From: Eledone cirrhosa
Lineage: Eukaryota
Assembly (NCBI GenBank): GCA_964016885.1
Contig: CAXHJY010000146.1
Span: 33,665 to 97,664, forward strand
Direction: 5' to 3'
DNA: 64,000 bases
Under the pieces are notes generated by a model. It made no database searches. It was not told where the DNA came from and saw only the letters and a program-made list of their open reading frames with translations. The position numbers were made by a program, and so were the translations under genes. Shown piece after piece: positions 1 to 12,789 of the stretch. Each line of letters opens with the position of its first letter. The stretch's first letter is position 1.

Positions 1-131
1 ATTCAATATTATGTGAGATAAAGTGTTTACCATGTAAATATAATAGTATATATAGAGTAATGTAAATGCTAAAGGGTTAAAGTAAACACAAATCCCTTCA
101 TAACAAACTGAAGCAAAAATATAAATCTTAC

Positions 132-684
132 CTGGTTTGACTTCATTTTTCTTTACACTATCCAGCAATTTCATACGCTTCATCCCCCTTTTTTTTGTGG
201 CACAAGGAGTTGATGTTTTGCTTGCTAAAATTGTCAATGGCATTTTTGAGCTAGCATTTGTTTCACAGTTCTTACTAGCTGTCTTTGGTACTTTTTTCAC
301 AGTTTTAGGTTCAACCTTTCTTTTTGGTTTTGCTGGTTTTGAGACAAGTGAATACAGTAGGTCATCATCACTGTCACATTCTGAACAATCATCATTCAAA
401 CCATTTTCTTTCTGAACTGTCATACAAGTCCTGCTTTTGCTATCAGGAGAATCTGTTGCCTTAGACTTGATAGCATTTTTTAATATTTTACTGGCAGATG
501 TATTTCGAAGTGATATTTTGCCATGTTTTCGTTCATATTTGCGCACTAAGACTTGACAAGATTTCAAGTTACTGACTGGTTCCCATGTATCTCCATTGTG
601 GCCAAAGCCTTTCCACCGAATGAGATATTCTAAATGAAATTTGCCATTAATCCTCCGTGTCCTACGACCAATAATTTGCTTCAC
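132..684 (-). CDS. Internal coding exon of a chromodomain protein (CDYL- or MPP8-like layout); the gene continues left of the window
   Basis: Hand translation gives VKQIIGRRTRRINGKFHLEYLIRWKGFGHNGDTWEPVSNLKSCQVLVRKYE, with the chromodomain motifs EYLIRWKGF and TWEP, then an acidic patch and a K-rich linker. No stop in 184 codons. Acceptor is a poly-T tract + atttcag|GTG at 685/684; donor is CCAG|gtaaga at 132/131 (phase 0 in, phase 1 out). The ORF track lists only the antisense ORF here. Confidence 0.9.
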
Positions 685-1008
685 CTGAAATTTAAAAAAA
701 AAAAAAAAAATTGATAAACAATATATCAAATCAGACAAAAACAGTTCAAATTCAGAAAAGCTGCTTAATTTTTTGATAGGAAAATCAAAATAATGATGTA
801 AAAATGCATAGACACACATACACTAATGTAAACATGCTATCTTAAAGGTGGCATATTTGGTTGGTACTAACATTGTTTTGCATATGGTGATTATTTAGTG
901 TATTTTCTTCTGTGTGTTTAACCATTTCTTCTGTCCACAAAAAAGGAGGAAAGGGACATTTGTTTACAACTGTCACAATACAGTAACAGCATGTGCGTAT
1001 ATGCGCAC

Positions 1009-1012
<4 letters not shown>

Positions 1013-1051
<39 letters not shown>
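1013..1051. repeat. (AG)n microsatellite
   Basis: Perfect dinucleotide run; a similar run lies at 8434-8513. Confidence 0.95.
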
Positions 1052-1054
<3 letters not shown>

Positions 1055-1592
1055 CAAAATATATAAATAATATGATTGATTACCCTTCCAAAAATCTAAA
1101 ATTAGCAACCAAATCTCACACTAACATCTTAAATGAAGGGTCACTCCATCTTTCATAAATAGATAGATACATATAAGCACATTAATATACACATGCTTGC
1201 TGATGGGGAAAGAAATATGAAGCCAGTGTTTGGGCTATGGAGGCATTCTGAAAGAGAAGAGAAGTGACGAGATGATGAAAATTGTGGTAATGCTTCAGCA
1301 GTAGTGCTGGAATAAATACATGCCATATACGAAATGTACAAAAATGAAATAATCACATGATCCACATGACAAGTGCAATGTGTTCGAACATGGAAGGGCC
1401 GAACTCCCACCATCATCGCACCCATCTCTCTCGTCCTCCCCAGCTCTCTGTATGGTGAGGAAATGGGGTCCCACGTGCTGGCTGCCCCACAAAAGGCGTT
1501 TCCCCGGAGGATGGTTAGGGAGATGCACTGGATGTGACAACTAACAGCTTATCATGGGGATGTGTGGTGTGAGGCAGAGGGGAGTATAAGGT

Positions 1593-1626
<34 letters not shown>

Positions 1627-2718
1627 GCTGAGATGCCTCACATTGTATGTGAGCAGCTACCCGCCAGTTATGTGCACAGTGAGTACGATAGAGGGTGATA
1701 AAAACATGCTATTTTCATTATGCTTTTGTGAATTTCTGAAATGCAAATAATTGAAGTCAAACGTGAATATTACATGGTGGCATTTGGATATGGATCAACA
1801 TCATGATTTTTTAAAGTGTGCTTTTCTATACTGGCAATAGCTATGTTGAGATTTTTTAGAGGAAGGTTTTCTACAGTTGAATGCCATTCTAGATGCCACT
1901 CACATTTAAGTGTTGTATATATCAATTAATTAACAAACTATATTCTTATAATCACATCCTATGACACAGTGTGCCGGTTAGAGAATTCAATACTTCTATA
2001 TTGCACTATAACATATTAGCTGAAGTTCAGATACAATTAAAAAGAAAAATGTTGAAAGTATTTAAACCCTAGAAGGTGGGAAGATAACAAACATTAACAC
2101 ATTTCTTAACTTTAACAACTGTTAACATCTTGAATTCTTTCTATGCCCTCTTAGACTGATACTTTGCACTTGTCAACTCAGCTCTTAGCAAAGAATGTCT
2201 AGTTTTCTCCTTAATATTACTTCATTATGAATATCTTAGCTAAAAAAAAAAAAAGGTTTCCCGATTAAGCCAAAAACAGTGAAAAAATCCTTGGCTACAA
2301 ATCATTTCAGGGGAGAGAACTCAGCTGTTTAAAATTTATCTTCTGAATGTTAACACCTGTTATATTTTACTTATTTGTCGTTTACTATGATATTTTGACA
2401 ATGTAAACCTCTGTATTTTTTCTCGATTTTGATATCTTTTTTTTCTTAGCTTTTATTTTCTTGCTTAACACAGGGAATAAGGGAAGTTTGAAACTTTTTC
2501 ATAAGTATTCTAGAGAACGTGAACTATTGTTTCAAAATCTTAAAAGTTAATTTTATTACATCTAACCACAAAACAACAATTTTGTAAAATAAAAGGATAA
2601 TTTAATGGGTTTTTTTTAAATATTCTGTTTTGGTTTAATTCTATATTAGTTAAATTAGTTAAGAAATGTAAATACATGGGAATTTGCTTTCTTAAATTAA
2701 TTTACCCCAAAGCAACTG

Positions 2719-2826
2719 ATCTGGAACACCACATGTGACATGTCCTCCAGTGCCAACCTCATCACTTCAACCACGAACCCAGGCACCGCTGCCTATGACA
2801 TAGAGAAGCGAAAGATAACTAAATTA
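2719..2826 (+). mobile_element. Small relic of a CRE-type non-LTR retrotransposon (restriction-like endonuclease region)
   Basis: Translates IWNTTCDMSSSANLITSTTNPGTAAYDIEKRKITK, resembling the WDxTCxD...AAxxAExRKxxKY stretch of CRE-clade RLE domains. Confidence 0.5.
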
Positions 2827-4137
2827 CTGAGCATTGAGTGGCCATTTGTTTTTGCACTAGAATGCCTACTTAAAGTATATACATATGTATACATGCACAC
2901 GGATTAACATATAGATGAATGAATAAATAAATAAATGGAAGCGGAATTAATGAATTTTGTTGACTTCTAATCGCTAGTTCCAGATTCCTTTTTTGTACTG
3001 CCCTTGGAAGAGTTGGTCATATCAATGACCATGGAACCACTGGTTAATATGCAAAAGTATGTCCAACTGTTAATGTTAAATGAATGCCAAATTGTTTCTC
3101 TATTTCCTCATTATGTGTTGGTTGCTTCTTTTGTCTTTCAATTTTGGGAGGCATTTTTTTTTTTTGAGGGGGGGGGGGGGTGAAGACACTGTGTATGTTT
3201 GGCAAATTTTTCCTAGGGCTGTGTGGTGTATACATTTGGATTGTGAGGTTAAGAAAGAGAGTGGTTCAACATTTTTGGGGGTGAGGTATTTTGAGAAAGT
3301 GGTAAATGCCTTCTGTTGTGCTAAAATTTAAAAGTGGATGTGGCAGCTGGTGATGTTGCTGTGGTTGTTTCTGTAGTAATTGTTGTGGTTAATTTGAATG
3401 ATGTTTCAATGAGTTTTAGTCTGTTCTGTATCTGCTGCTCCAGCTGGTTATTGAACAGATGGACTCCTCTTTCGGCATCATGATTCAGACATGAAGTGTC
3501 TATGTTTTCAGTTTTGGAAAAAATATTTTTTGGTTGTTAAAAAAAAAAAAGTCAAACAGTAAATAAAACTTGACCACATGCTAGCTTGTTTCATATGAAA
3601 TGCCTTTTTTTTAAAAAAAAAGGGCAACATATACCCGTCATGTTACCAACATTTTCTGGAAAAAAAATAAAAGAAAACAATGTTCCATTTAATGATAGCC
3701 AAGCTTTCATAAAAACTAAGACACCTTGGCATCTAACTAACTCAAATTGATGCAAAAGATTTTTCGTGCATTTTACATCAAACTGAAGATATCCTTTGCA
3801 ACAGATAGTGTAGTCCAAAATGGAACTAGCATTTTATTATCTCATGAACAGTAACCAAATGCTTGTTTAGAAAGGGACACCTTTTGAGATACTTGTTCAA
3901 GGCATCACTTGTTGGGGCTATTTTCTGTACATTTCTGCTCTTGTGACAGAACAACTCAGATCAACATTGGCATCATCAGTACAAGATGTGTTGGATTACA
4001 ACGCTAGCGTGGAAAATGGACGTTAAACGATGATGATGAGACTAACTGCATCCAAACCTCTTTCACTCAGAATGATGTATGATATATAATATATGGAGTG
4101 AAATTTTGTCATTTGTCTTCAAACAGTGCTGCTTTCC

Positions 4138-4607
4138 TTAACTCTTTTGATACAAGACCACCTGAAACAGCCCCTGGCTCTACAATACAAAACTGTTTAT
4201 TTTAAAGTGTTTACATTTATCTAAAAACCTTCCATCATAATTGTATACAAACCTTTGTTAAGTTATGTTCCAAACAACAGCTTAATAATATGAAAGTTAT
4301 ATTACTAAATCCCTCCAAAATCTCGATTATTTTCAAAATTATTTAACCCTTTCAATACCAATCCACCTAAAATTGCCTTTCTTTATGAAACAAATCTGTG
4401 TTCATATATATATTGAAACCTTCCATCATAATTTTCTTAAGTAATACTTAGGTCATCAGTTTAATAATGGAAAAGTTATTTTATTAAATTCCTCCAAATT
4501 GTTGGTTATTTTCAAAATTAATTGAAACTTATAAGTAATGTATTCATTAGAAATGTGGTAATAAAAGAGCTAAAAACCATTAAAAAATACTGTGACGAAA
4601 GGGTTAA
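4138..4607 (+). mobile_element. Two nested copies of an AT-rich piggyBac-like MITE family (TTAA|CCCTTT...AAAGGG|TTAA)
   Basis: Outer copy ttaactctttt...aaagggttaa; inner copy starts ttaaccctttc at 4343. Same internal sequence recurs near 15157, 16117-18437 (interrupted), 33170, 35600, 37700-38070, 39410, 42525, 43171 and 49788. Confidence 0.65.
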
Positions 4608-5654
4608 ACATCTGATGAACTACGCCATTTCATCCAGAGAAAGCATGAGAGGGTTAAAGTAATGTGTGTTTCTTCTAAACTGAAGACAATAATGTTTGAA
4701 GGAAATCATGTTGCTTTACTTTTCAGTTTTGAATAAATTCCAGGTTTCTGCTTCTGGACTTGCAGTTGTGGTATTATGGAAATTACTTAGAAGTCCTATA
4801 TCTTGGTTTATTCACAGATTCATGCATGCTGTTTCACTTAATTTGTGTGATGTGGGGAAAAAAAAAAAAAGACATTAAATGTGTCTTACTCCATGGAAAC
4901 TGTAAGACCCATACTCATAAATCTAAGTTGGTTTCAGCTCGTAGTCGTATTTTGTTTCCAAGTTAAAAATGCATTCAGCCTACCCCCTAAGGTAGTAGTG
5001 CTGGAGCCATAACATTCACCCAGCACAGGCTGTAATGAGTTAGCATTAGGAAGGGCAACTTGCCACAGAAACCAAGCCAAAAACGGAGCATATGAGCATG
5101 ATGTGGTAACCTGAGCTATTTAACCCAAGCACATGTGAAAATGAACATTAAATGGTGATGATGTTATTTACCACCCAATGTCGCTTCTCTCATTAGACTA
5201 GAATTTCAATTGGCACTATACTCTAGATATAATTTTATGAAACAATTAACAGAAAAGATGCATAAATAAGAAACTAATATTAATGATTTGAGACAAAAAG
5301 AAATTGCTAGAAACTGTAAATGAGACTACCATCATCACCAGCATCAGGACAAAAGGTGTAGACATCCTTGGCGGACATGGTCTACAATTTGAAGATTCAT
5401 TTCACTTCACTTACATTTATTGCTAATGTCCATTTTATGCCTGAAAATAGGTAAAAATCCAAACGCCGTGTATAAGCCAACACATGTTGAGATCGTATTG
5501 TTTTGAAATTCTCATACGTGTAAAATATATTTATGAAGTTTTAATATTTTGATATTTAAAATGTTTTATGTGTCCTTAAGAAATCTATTATGTAATGATT
5601 TTTTTAACGAATTTGTGACTATTTCATGTCAAAAGTAAAACTGCTGTAATAGTC

Positions 5655-6720
5655 ACCTCCAAAGTGAAACTGGTGTAATATACACCTCCAACACCTCTCT
5701 TCTGATTACCAAATGCTGAAGCTGATGCATAACTGCACCAACTCCTGCAATCCTTGCACTTAATTCAGCCTCCTGCCTTCCATCACTTGTGAACACAGCC
5801 TCGAGATACTTAAACACTCCACCTGCTTCAGTGGAACTCCATTCACATGCATAGTGCACGCTTCCTTGAGAGAATGAGTGTCTCAGTTTTCACAGCACTG
5901 ATTTTCATTCCTGCCATGGAGCACTCGGCATCAAACCTACCAAGTGTAAGTCGAAGATTATCTTCTGACAAGTTAAGTAATACCATATCGTCTGCAAATT
6001 CCAGCCAACTGATCCTACACCTGCCAATTGTGGTACCACTTCCAAATCGGCTGCACATGTCAACCCTGTTCATGAAAATAATTGTTTCTACTTTTGATAC
6101 AAGGCCAACAATTACCCAGTACATTACTGGTACTTTATTTTATCGACCCCATAAGGATGAAAGGCAAAGTTAACCTCGACAGGATTTGAACTCAGATCGT
6201 AAAGGGCCGTAACTCTATGCTGCAAAGCATGGCGTCCGACCCTCTACCGATACTGCCAATCCACCGCCCTTCACGAAAATAACGAACAAGAAAATTGACA
6301 GTATACACCCTTCGCAGAGTCGAACTCCCACACTGAATGGTTTCAATTTAGCATTATTTATCCAAATGCATTCGTAAAGAGACATCAGGGCAACAAGAAG
6401 CTGACCATCGATCCCATACTCCTACAGAACGTTCTACAGCAGGTCCTCTGGAACGTCATATGCCTTTTCGAAGTCTATAAAATAAGAATATATCTCTTAG
6501 CAAGACTCCCTCATTTTTCGAAGATCTGCCGCAGTGTGAATATTTGATCGGCTGTACTGTGTCTGGGGCAAAAACTACACTGTTCATCAGCTAGCTTGGA
6601 CTGAACAATCTCCCTCTGGGCCTAGGGTCGGTCAGCACATGGGCCCACATTTGCTTATAATAGTGAGAGATGGGGACAGGGAGAGGGACGGAGGCAGTGA
6701 AAATTTGGTTCCACTGTGTT
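5655..6720 (-). mobile_element. Old degenerate RTE LINE fragment (RT region), family without the PHD insert
   Basis: ORF pieces LEFADDMVLL...GMKISAVKTETLIL and VFKYLE...FTSDGRQEAELSARI; upstream DQIFTLRQIFEK...FIDFEKAYD-like. Multiple frameshifts; interrupted by a SINE. Confidence 0.85.
6082..6269 (-). mobile_element. Full-length tRNA-derived SINE (Meta-like core) nested in the RTE relic
   Basis: Head GGCGGTGGATTGGCAGTATCGGTAGAG (A box), GAGTTCAAATCC (B box), core AACTTTGCCTTTCATCCTT...GGGGTCGATAAAATAAAGTACCAGT. TSD ttcatgaaaataa (6069-6081) / ttcacgaaaataa (6270-6282). Confidence 0.9.
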
Positions 6721-7811
6721 CGGACCTGATGTATATGTATAGATTTATTTACCACACTACATATAATATATATATATACACACACACATACGTACAACAC
6801 TGAGGATAAATATATTTAATCTTACTTCAGCTATCAGATTGTCTGAAGGAGTCAGTATTAAAATGGTTATGGACAAATTTAATTATATTACTAAATCCCT
6901 TCAAATTCTTGATTATTCGTAAAATTATATATAGGCAGTGTCTTTCATTTAAAACATGGTAACAAAAAGCTAAAACATTTTGGAGGTGGTGGTGGTGGTG
7001 GTGGTGCTAAGACTGACTAATTTTGGTTCCAATTTTTCCCTCACTAGTGTCTTCCATGCAATTTCATATTTCAGATACTTTTATAAATCAGTTAAAGTGA
7101 AATCACTATATCACTGAGCTTAAATCAAAATCATTGATTACTATTTGGGGAGTAATAGATGAATACCAACCTACCCACACACCAACCCTCTACAAAAAAA
7201 AAAAAGCATTCAAATGGATGGAAAGAACACCTGCTGTCATTTAGACAAAGAGGATGAACAAAATGGTTAAGATCCAGCACTGACCTCTGTTAAAGAGTCC
7301 AAACACAGAAAACAATTAAAAAAAAAAAAAAAAAAAGAATTTGATGTTAGAAGAAAGGAAAGAACTAAATGAAACCAAAATCACTTATGGATGAAAAATA
7401 GTGACTAATAAACTAAGTTAAAGGACTGAACTTAGTTAAAGGAATGAAGCTTTGTTTGTTATTGAAGGGAAGATAGCAGGTCAAATACAGTTCAAAATAT
7501 TGGTTTCATCTTTTGTTAATAAAAACAAAGAAAAAAGGGACAACTGAAAATATTGCTGTTACTATACTGGTAATATTTTCAGTTTAAATAAAACAGCATT
7601 CTAGGAACTTTAGCTCAAAGTAGTAGACATTTATAAATATCTGAAGTGGTTGTGTAATTCCAGGTCAGCTGTGATCAAGTAGATCTATAGCACATAAGTA
7701 GTCTAATGTTGTAGTTGAGTGTAGTTGTTGCTGCTGCTGTTGCCGAATCCTAGGTCTGATCTGACTGGCATTCTAGCCAGGACCATCTATCATTTTTTTT
7801 CTTCTTTTTTT

Positions 7812-7992
7812 TTGCCAGTATCGGTAGAGGGTCGGACGCCATGCTTTGCAACACAGAGTTACGTCCTTTTATAGACCGAGTTCAAATCCCGCCGAGGTTA
7901 ACTTTACTTTTCATCCTTATGGGATCGATAAAATAAAGTACCAGTAATGTACTGGGTAATTGCTGGCCTTGTGCCAAAAGTAGAAACAATTA
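7812..7992 (+). mobile_element. SINE, same family as 6082-6269
   Basis: Near-identical body ending gtagaaacaattatt. Confidence 0.9.
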
Positions 7993-8427
7993 TTAAGATC
8001 GTAGGGCAACAGACAGACTTTCTGAAGTATCAACCACTTCTGGCTTCTTGGTTCCTGTACCACGGCAGAATTGGCCACCTGCAGGAACTAGAGTAATGTG
8101 AAATAAAGTGTCTCCCCCAAGAACTCAACATGCTTTCAGGAATAGAACTCGCAACCTTATGGCTATGAGCTGAACACCATAACCTCGAAGCCTTCAAAGT
8201 CCTTAATATAATATGCCCAGAAACACTGGATAATCACAGCTGGAATGCCTATGAAAATTCAACACTTTAGGAATAGTCAAAGAAACATGCAGTTTAACAC
8301 TGCATGGTGGTAAAATCTAAAAGTGATGTCTCCACACAAAACAAGCTTTAAGTATTTCTGTGGATGTAAATAGTTTGTGGCACATAAAAAGAAAAATATG
8401 CTTGCTTCTATGTGAGATATTATTTAT

Positions 8428-8514
<87 letters not shown>

Positions 8515-9168
8515 TAAGCAAAATGAAATTTAATATTACAAATAATTATATAAACATATTTGTAAGTGTGTGAGTGAATGAGAGAAAGAGTAAGAATTGT
8601 TTTTGTTGTTGTTATAAGCACAAATAGCAACCATATAAATTCAATCACGTAAATTTACCGCAACGAATCTGTCGTCTTGTGCCAATGCAGAAAATTATTA
8701 TAAGAACTATGAGCCAGCTTAAATACTGGGTCACTAGACTAAACACCTGAAAGTATTTATTTTATTTCTCTATACTCTGAGTTCAAATCCCACTAATAAT
8801 TGCTTTTCATCTATTCAAGTTTGTTGATTCAATAAGCTATACTTCTCCTCCACAAAGGCAAGTTGTGTTGTGCTCAGTCAAAAGGAACCTTGCATGTGTC
8901 TGCTTTTTACTCTCTCTCTCTTTCATTTCAGCTGCGTTCACTTTAAATAAAGGGATAATAAATATTGCAGGAGCCCATTGGATTTATCATCAATTCACTG
9001 TACATTTGTTTTCCCGCGTTAGCCTGGATTAGACTGTGCATGAATGTATACAGCATTCATAACAAAGTGCATCAAAAGAAAATGTTTTACGGTATTTTGA
9101 TCTATCTCAGCTTCCTCCCTTATTAGCCAGGTCAATAAATAGTAAGGTACTAAGTCGATATAACTGAT

Positions 9169-10193
9169 CATCATATCTTGTCGCGCCAATGCCTTATCCA
9201 TTGACGTGCAGCGTCATTTGCTTCCATCAGGTCTTGGTCGGAGCATGTGGGTCCCAGTGAGCACCCACGGAGGATGTGGGCTATGGTCTGGGAGGTTTCA
9301 CTGCAGAGGCACTCAGCGCAGGTGGCCAATCCCCACTTGTGGAGGTTGTCTCCAGTTTTGCCCGTTTTGGCTCTGGCCCTGTTTAGGGTTACCCAGTCCT
9401 TTCTGCTAAGAGATGTTCCATTGGGAGGCTTTCATTTGGGCTTGGTAAGGTCGCGTTCACTCTCCCTCCACTTTTCCAACCTGTAAGCCGCCAATTGTGC
9501 ATGCTCCAGGCTATCCACGGTTAAGAAGCTTTTTCGAGATTTTAATCGTCTTCTTATTTCCTGGTGGCCATAGAGTGGATGCCTGGGATCATGTTGTTTG
9601 TACCGTTGGTAGATTCATATATGCGGATGATCTCTGCATTGTAACACAATCAGGCTCCTTTGACACTATCGAGGAAAGACTATCAAATGCCCTGACAACT
9701 CTCTCTGCATACTACAAAAAATGGTACCTTAACGCTAATGCCAGCAAAACGCAGGTGTATGCCTTCCATCTTAACAACCACCAAGCAAACAGGAAACTAA
9801 AGATCAGATGGGGCAACAATGAACTGGAAAACCACTCTCATCCAGTTTACCTCGGAGTTGCCCTTGATAGAACGCTCTCCTTCAAACAACACATAGACAA
9901 ACTTAAAAGTAAACTGGCAACTAGAAATAATCTCCTCAGCAAACTAACCAACACCAGCTGGGGTGCAGATCCCATAACACTGAGGCAAACAGCACTGGCA
10001 CTGCTACTCCACCGCAGAATATTGTTCACCAGTATGGGCAAGGTCGTGCCATGGCAACAGAGTCGACCCAGAGTTGAACAAATCATGCCGGATGATCACC
10101 GGAACATTAAAAGCAACTCCCCTTCCAGCCGTATACACTCTTGCCAGCATTCCACCGCCCCACATACGACGAGAGGTCAACGCAAAAACTGAA
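9169..10193. mobile_element. 5'-truncated Vingi/Ingi-clade LINE with 5' inversion
   Basis: Plus piece 9608-10193: RFIYADDLC...YLGVALDRTLSF...SWGADP...CYSTAEYCSPVW...IPPPHIRREVNAKTE. Minus piece 9169-9607 continues the same ORF: RYKQHDPRHPLY...RLKSRKSF...WVTLNRAR...CLC..QTIAHILRGC...WRDKI* plus a short TGA tail. Perfect TSD cgatataactgat at 9156-9168 and 10194-10206. Confidence 0.88.
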
Positions 10194-10249
10194 CGATATA
10201 ACTGATTAGAACTCTTGAAGGTATGACCACAGTTCAATGGTTGAAACCA

Positions 10250-11178
10250 GTAAAAGAATATGTCAAATTTTTATTCTAAGGTACTGTCTAATTAGATGAG
10301 ATACAGTTTGGTTTCATGCCTCGGAAAAGTACTACAGATGCCCTCTTCTTAGAGGCAACTACAAGAAGTTGCTAGCCAAGAATAAGCCACTATATTTAGC
10401 TTTTGTTGATCTAGAAACGGCCTTTGACAGAGTATCTCAATCCATTATCTGGTGGATAAACTCTATACAATGTACACAAAGTAAATCTTGGGTGCACAAG
10501 AGATGTGGTGGGATAATGAGTAGACTTAACAGGAAAGGATGACTCTAGATGTAGAATATGCACAGTTGTAATCGAGGGGAAGAGCGTCAGTGATATAAAC
10601 CTTTTCAAGTCACAGGAAGGGTCCAGAGAAGTGGTTGGTAGCTTCTGCTATCTAGTTGACTTAATTAGCAGCAGAGGAGGGTATGCTGAGAGTATAATAG
10701 CTAGAATAAGGATAGGATGGAAGAAGTTTAGAGAACTACTCCCACTGTTGACAACAAAAGGTTTCTCCCTCCATACAAAAGGACAGCTATGTGAAGTGTA
10801 ATGCTGCATAATAGTGAAACATGGACTGTGACTGCAGAGGACATGCATAGGCTAGAGAGAAAGGCAGAGCTTGGATGAACTGAGGGAAAAACTGGGTTTA
10901 AGAGGAATCTGAAGTGGTGTGCAAGAGAGAAGACTTCATTGGTATGGACATGAGATGTGCATGGATGATGATAATAGCTGGGTGAAGAAGTGCCAGTGGA
11001 AGTAGAAATAGACCGAGAAAGAACTGGTGAGAGCCGACCTGAAATCGCTAAAACTCACAAAAATGATGAAAAAGTGCGGCGAGTGGAGAAATGTTGTACT
11101 AAGAAGGACCCGTCCAACACATGCAAGCTTGGGAAAAAGGAAGAAAAAAACGATGATGATGATGATGATGATGATGAT
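10250..11178 (+). mobile_element. Older, internally deleted RTE LINE 3' part with (GAT)n tail
   Basis: Degenerate QFGFMPRKSTTDALF...PLYLAFVDLETAFDRV, NSIQC..WVHKRCG and [20 protein letters not shown]; ends gatgatgatgat. Confidence 0.85.
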
Positions 11179-11605
11179 CTAACAATCTGTCCTTAAGAAC
11201 CTTAATTTTTTTCTTTTTCCAGTTATGTAAGTTTGTAACCATACATTAACAAACCACAAGATTACTGATTCAAGCCCTGTCACTTGTAGGCTGTTTGTAC
11301 AACTAAAATTCTTGACTATTATACATCCCAGTCACCTAGTTGTAAATAGCTTCAACAACACCATATAATTGTTTTGATGGCTTGCAGCATTGAATTTATC
11401 TTTTCCTGTGGATACAACCAATGAAGGATGGGTTCTGCCAAGCTAACTTACCCTAGATATAAACTACATGTAGACAGTCTTTAGTGGTGCCCAAATGACT
11501 TAGTAAAAGTGATAGATCAATAGTGGACATGTTAAGAGTTTGTCCTTCTTGAGAATGAGATATGCTGCAACAGGTTCCTGAAAATCAAGATAAATCTCTG
11601 TAGAG

Positions 11606-12770
11606 CAGGGGCTCCCACCCTTTTTTGTGTCATCACCCACTTTCACATAGAGAAATTTTCCACCACCCATCTATATAGTAAATATTCAAAAACATAGTTG
11701 TTAAAAGTTTGTTACTTGTTTGTAAACTGACTTTTTATGATGTAGTAAAAATATAATGTAATAACAAATAACATTGACTTATGTGGCTGCTGCTGCTACT
11801 ACTAACATATTAAAGATCATATAAAAGCAAACTTGACCATTTGAAAACTGTGTTTTATTAAATTTAATTATAAATGATATAATTTAATTTTATTGTCAAG
11901 GTTAGTTTTATAGTTAGCGTGAGCACTGCAAGTGATGACAAAAAATTTAAACAATTTTTGCTCATAATTATACACACTACTAGCAACTAATAAAAATTCA
12001 GTAAATATTTTTTGTTATGATGCCTAATATTTTTTCGGTGTTATTTTACTTTCACACCTGCAAAACATATATAACCACTGTTGAAATTACTCGATGCTAA
12101 AAACAGTACACAAACAACTTTTGTGTGCTGTTCTAATAACATCAAGTGAGCGAGTATGTGGAAAATTCATGAAAGAAAAAACAGAGCCACAGGTGCAAAA
12201 GTGAAATAGCATCTACTGTTTCTACAACAAATGAATTCATGTAAATAACTTACCTAAAACTAAACTATATCATTTATAATTAAATTTATTAAAATACAAT
12301 TTTAAAGCATCAAAATCTACTCAAGGTAATGTTTTTATGCACAGAAGACATAAATAGAAAAAATACAATTTTACAGACAAAGTTGTTCTTGGTCTTCCCT
12401 TATCTGATTTATATCCAGAAAAAAATATCTGAAAAACGATTTGAATGTTAAAATGACCCTTCTCAAAACTAATCATAATAAAAATACTAAAATGTTCCTT
12501 GTTTGCGGGGATGTATAGATGTATATATCTTATGTGGGAATGTGGCCCAGTTATTATCATTTAGTCTCCAGTTTTTCCCCCGTTTTTTTTTTGGAGGGGG
12601 GGGGGGGGGGGGGTCCCCAAAGGTTCTTTGTATATCCCCCTTTTTTTCGGGAACCTTCTAAATACTCAAAATCCTATGTTGCCCACCAAAATTTCCAATC
12701 GCCCAACATTTTCTGTTCAGTTGGTCATTGCCTACCTAACAGTTGAAATTGCCAACGTTGGGAAATCCTG
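11606..12770. mobile_element. Non-autonomous hAT (Charlie-like) DNA transposon
   Basis: TIRs caggggctcccacc / gttgggaaatcctg; 8-bp TSD ctgtagag (11598-11605) / ttgtagag (12771-12778); no ORF. Confidence 0.8.
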
Positions 12771-12789
12771 TTGTAGAGGAGAGAAATAT

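Noticed and set aside
137-415. 92-aa plus-strand ORF
   Set aside because: Antisense shadow of the real minus-strand chromodomain exon.
6180-6269. tRNA-like A and B boxes
   Set aside because: SINE head with TSD and many dispersed copies; no tRNA gene is supported.
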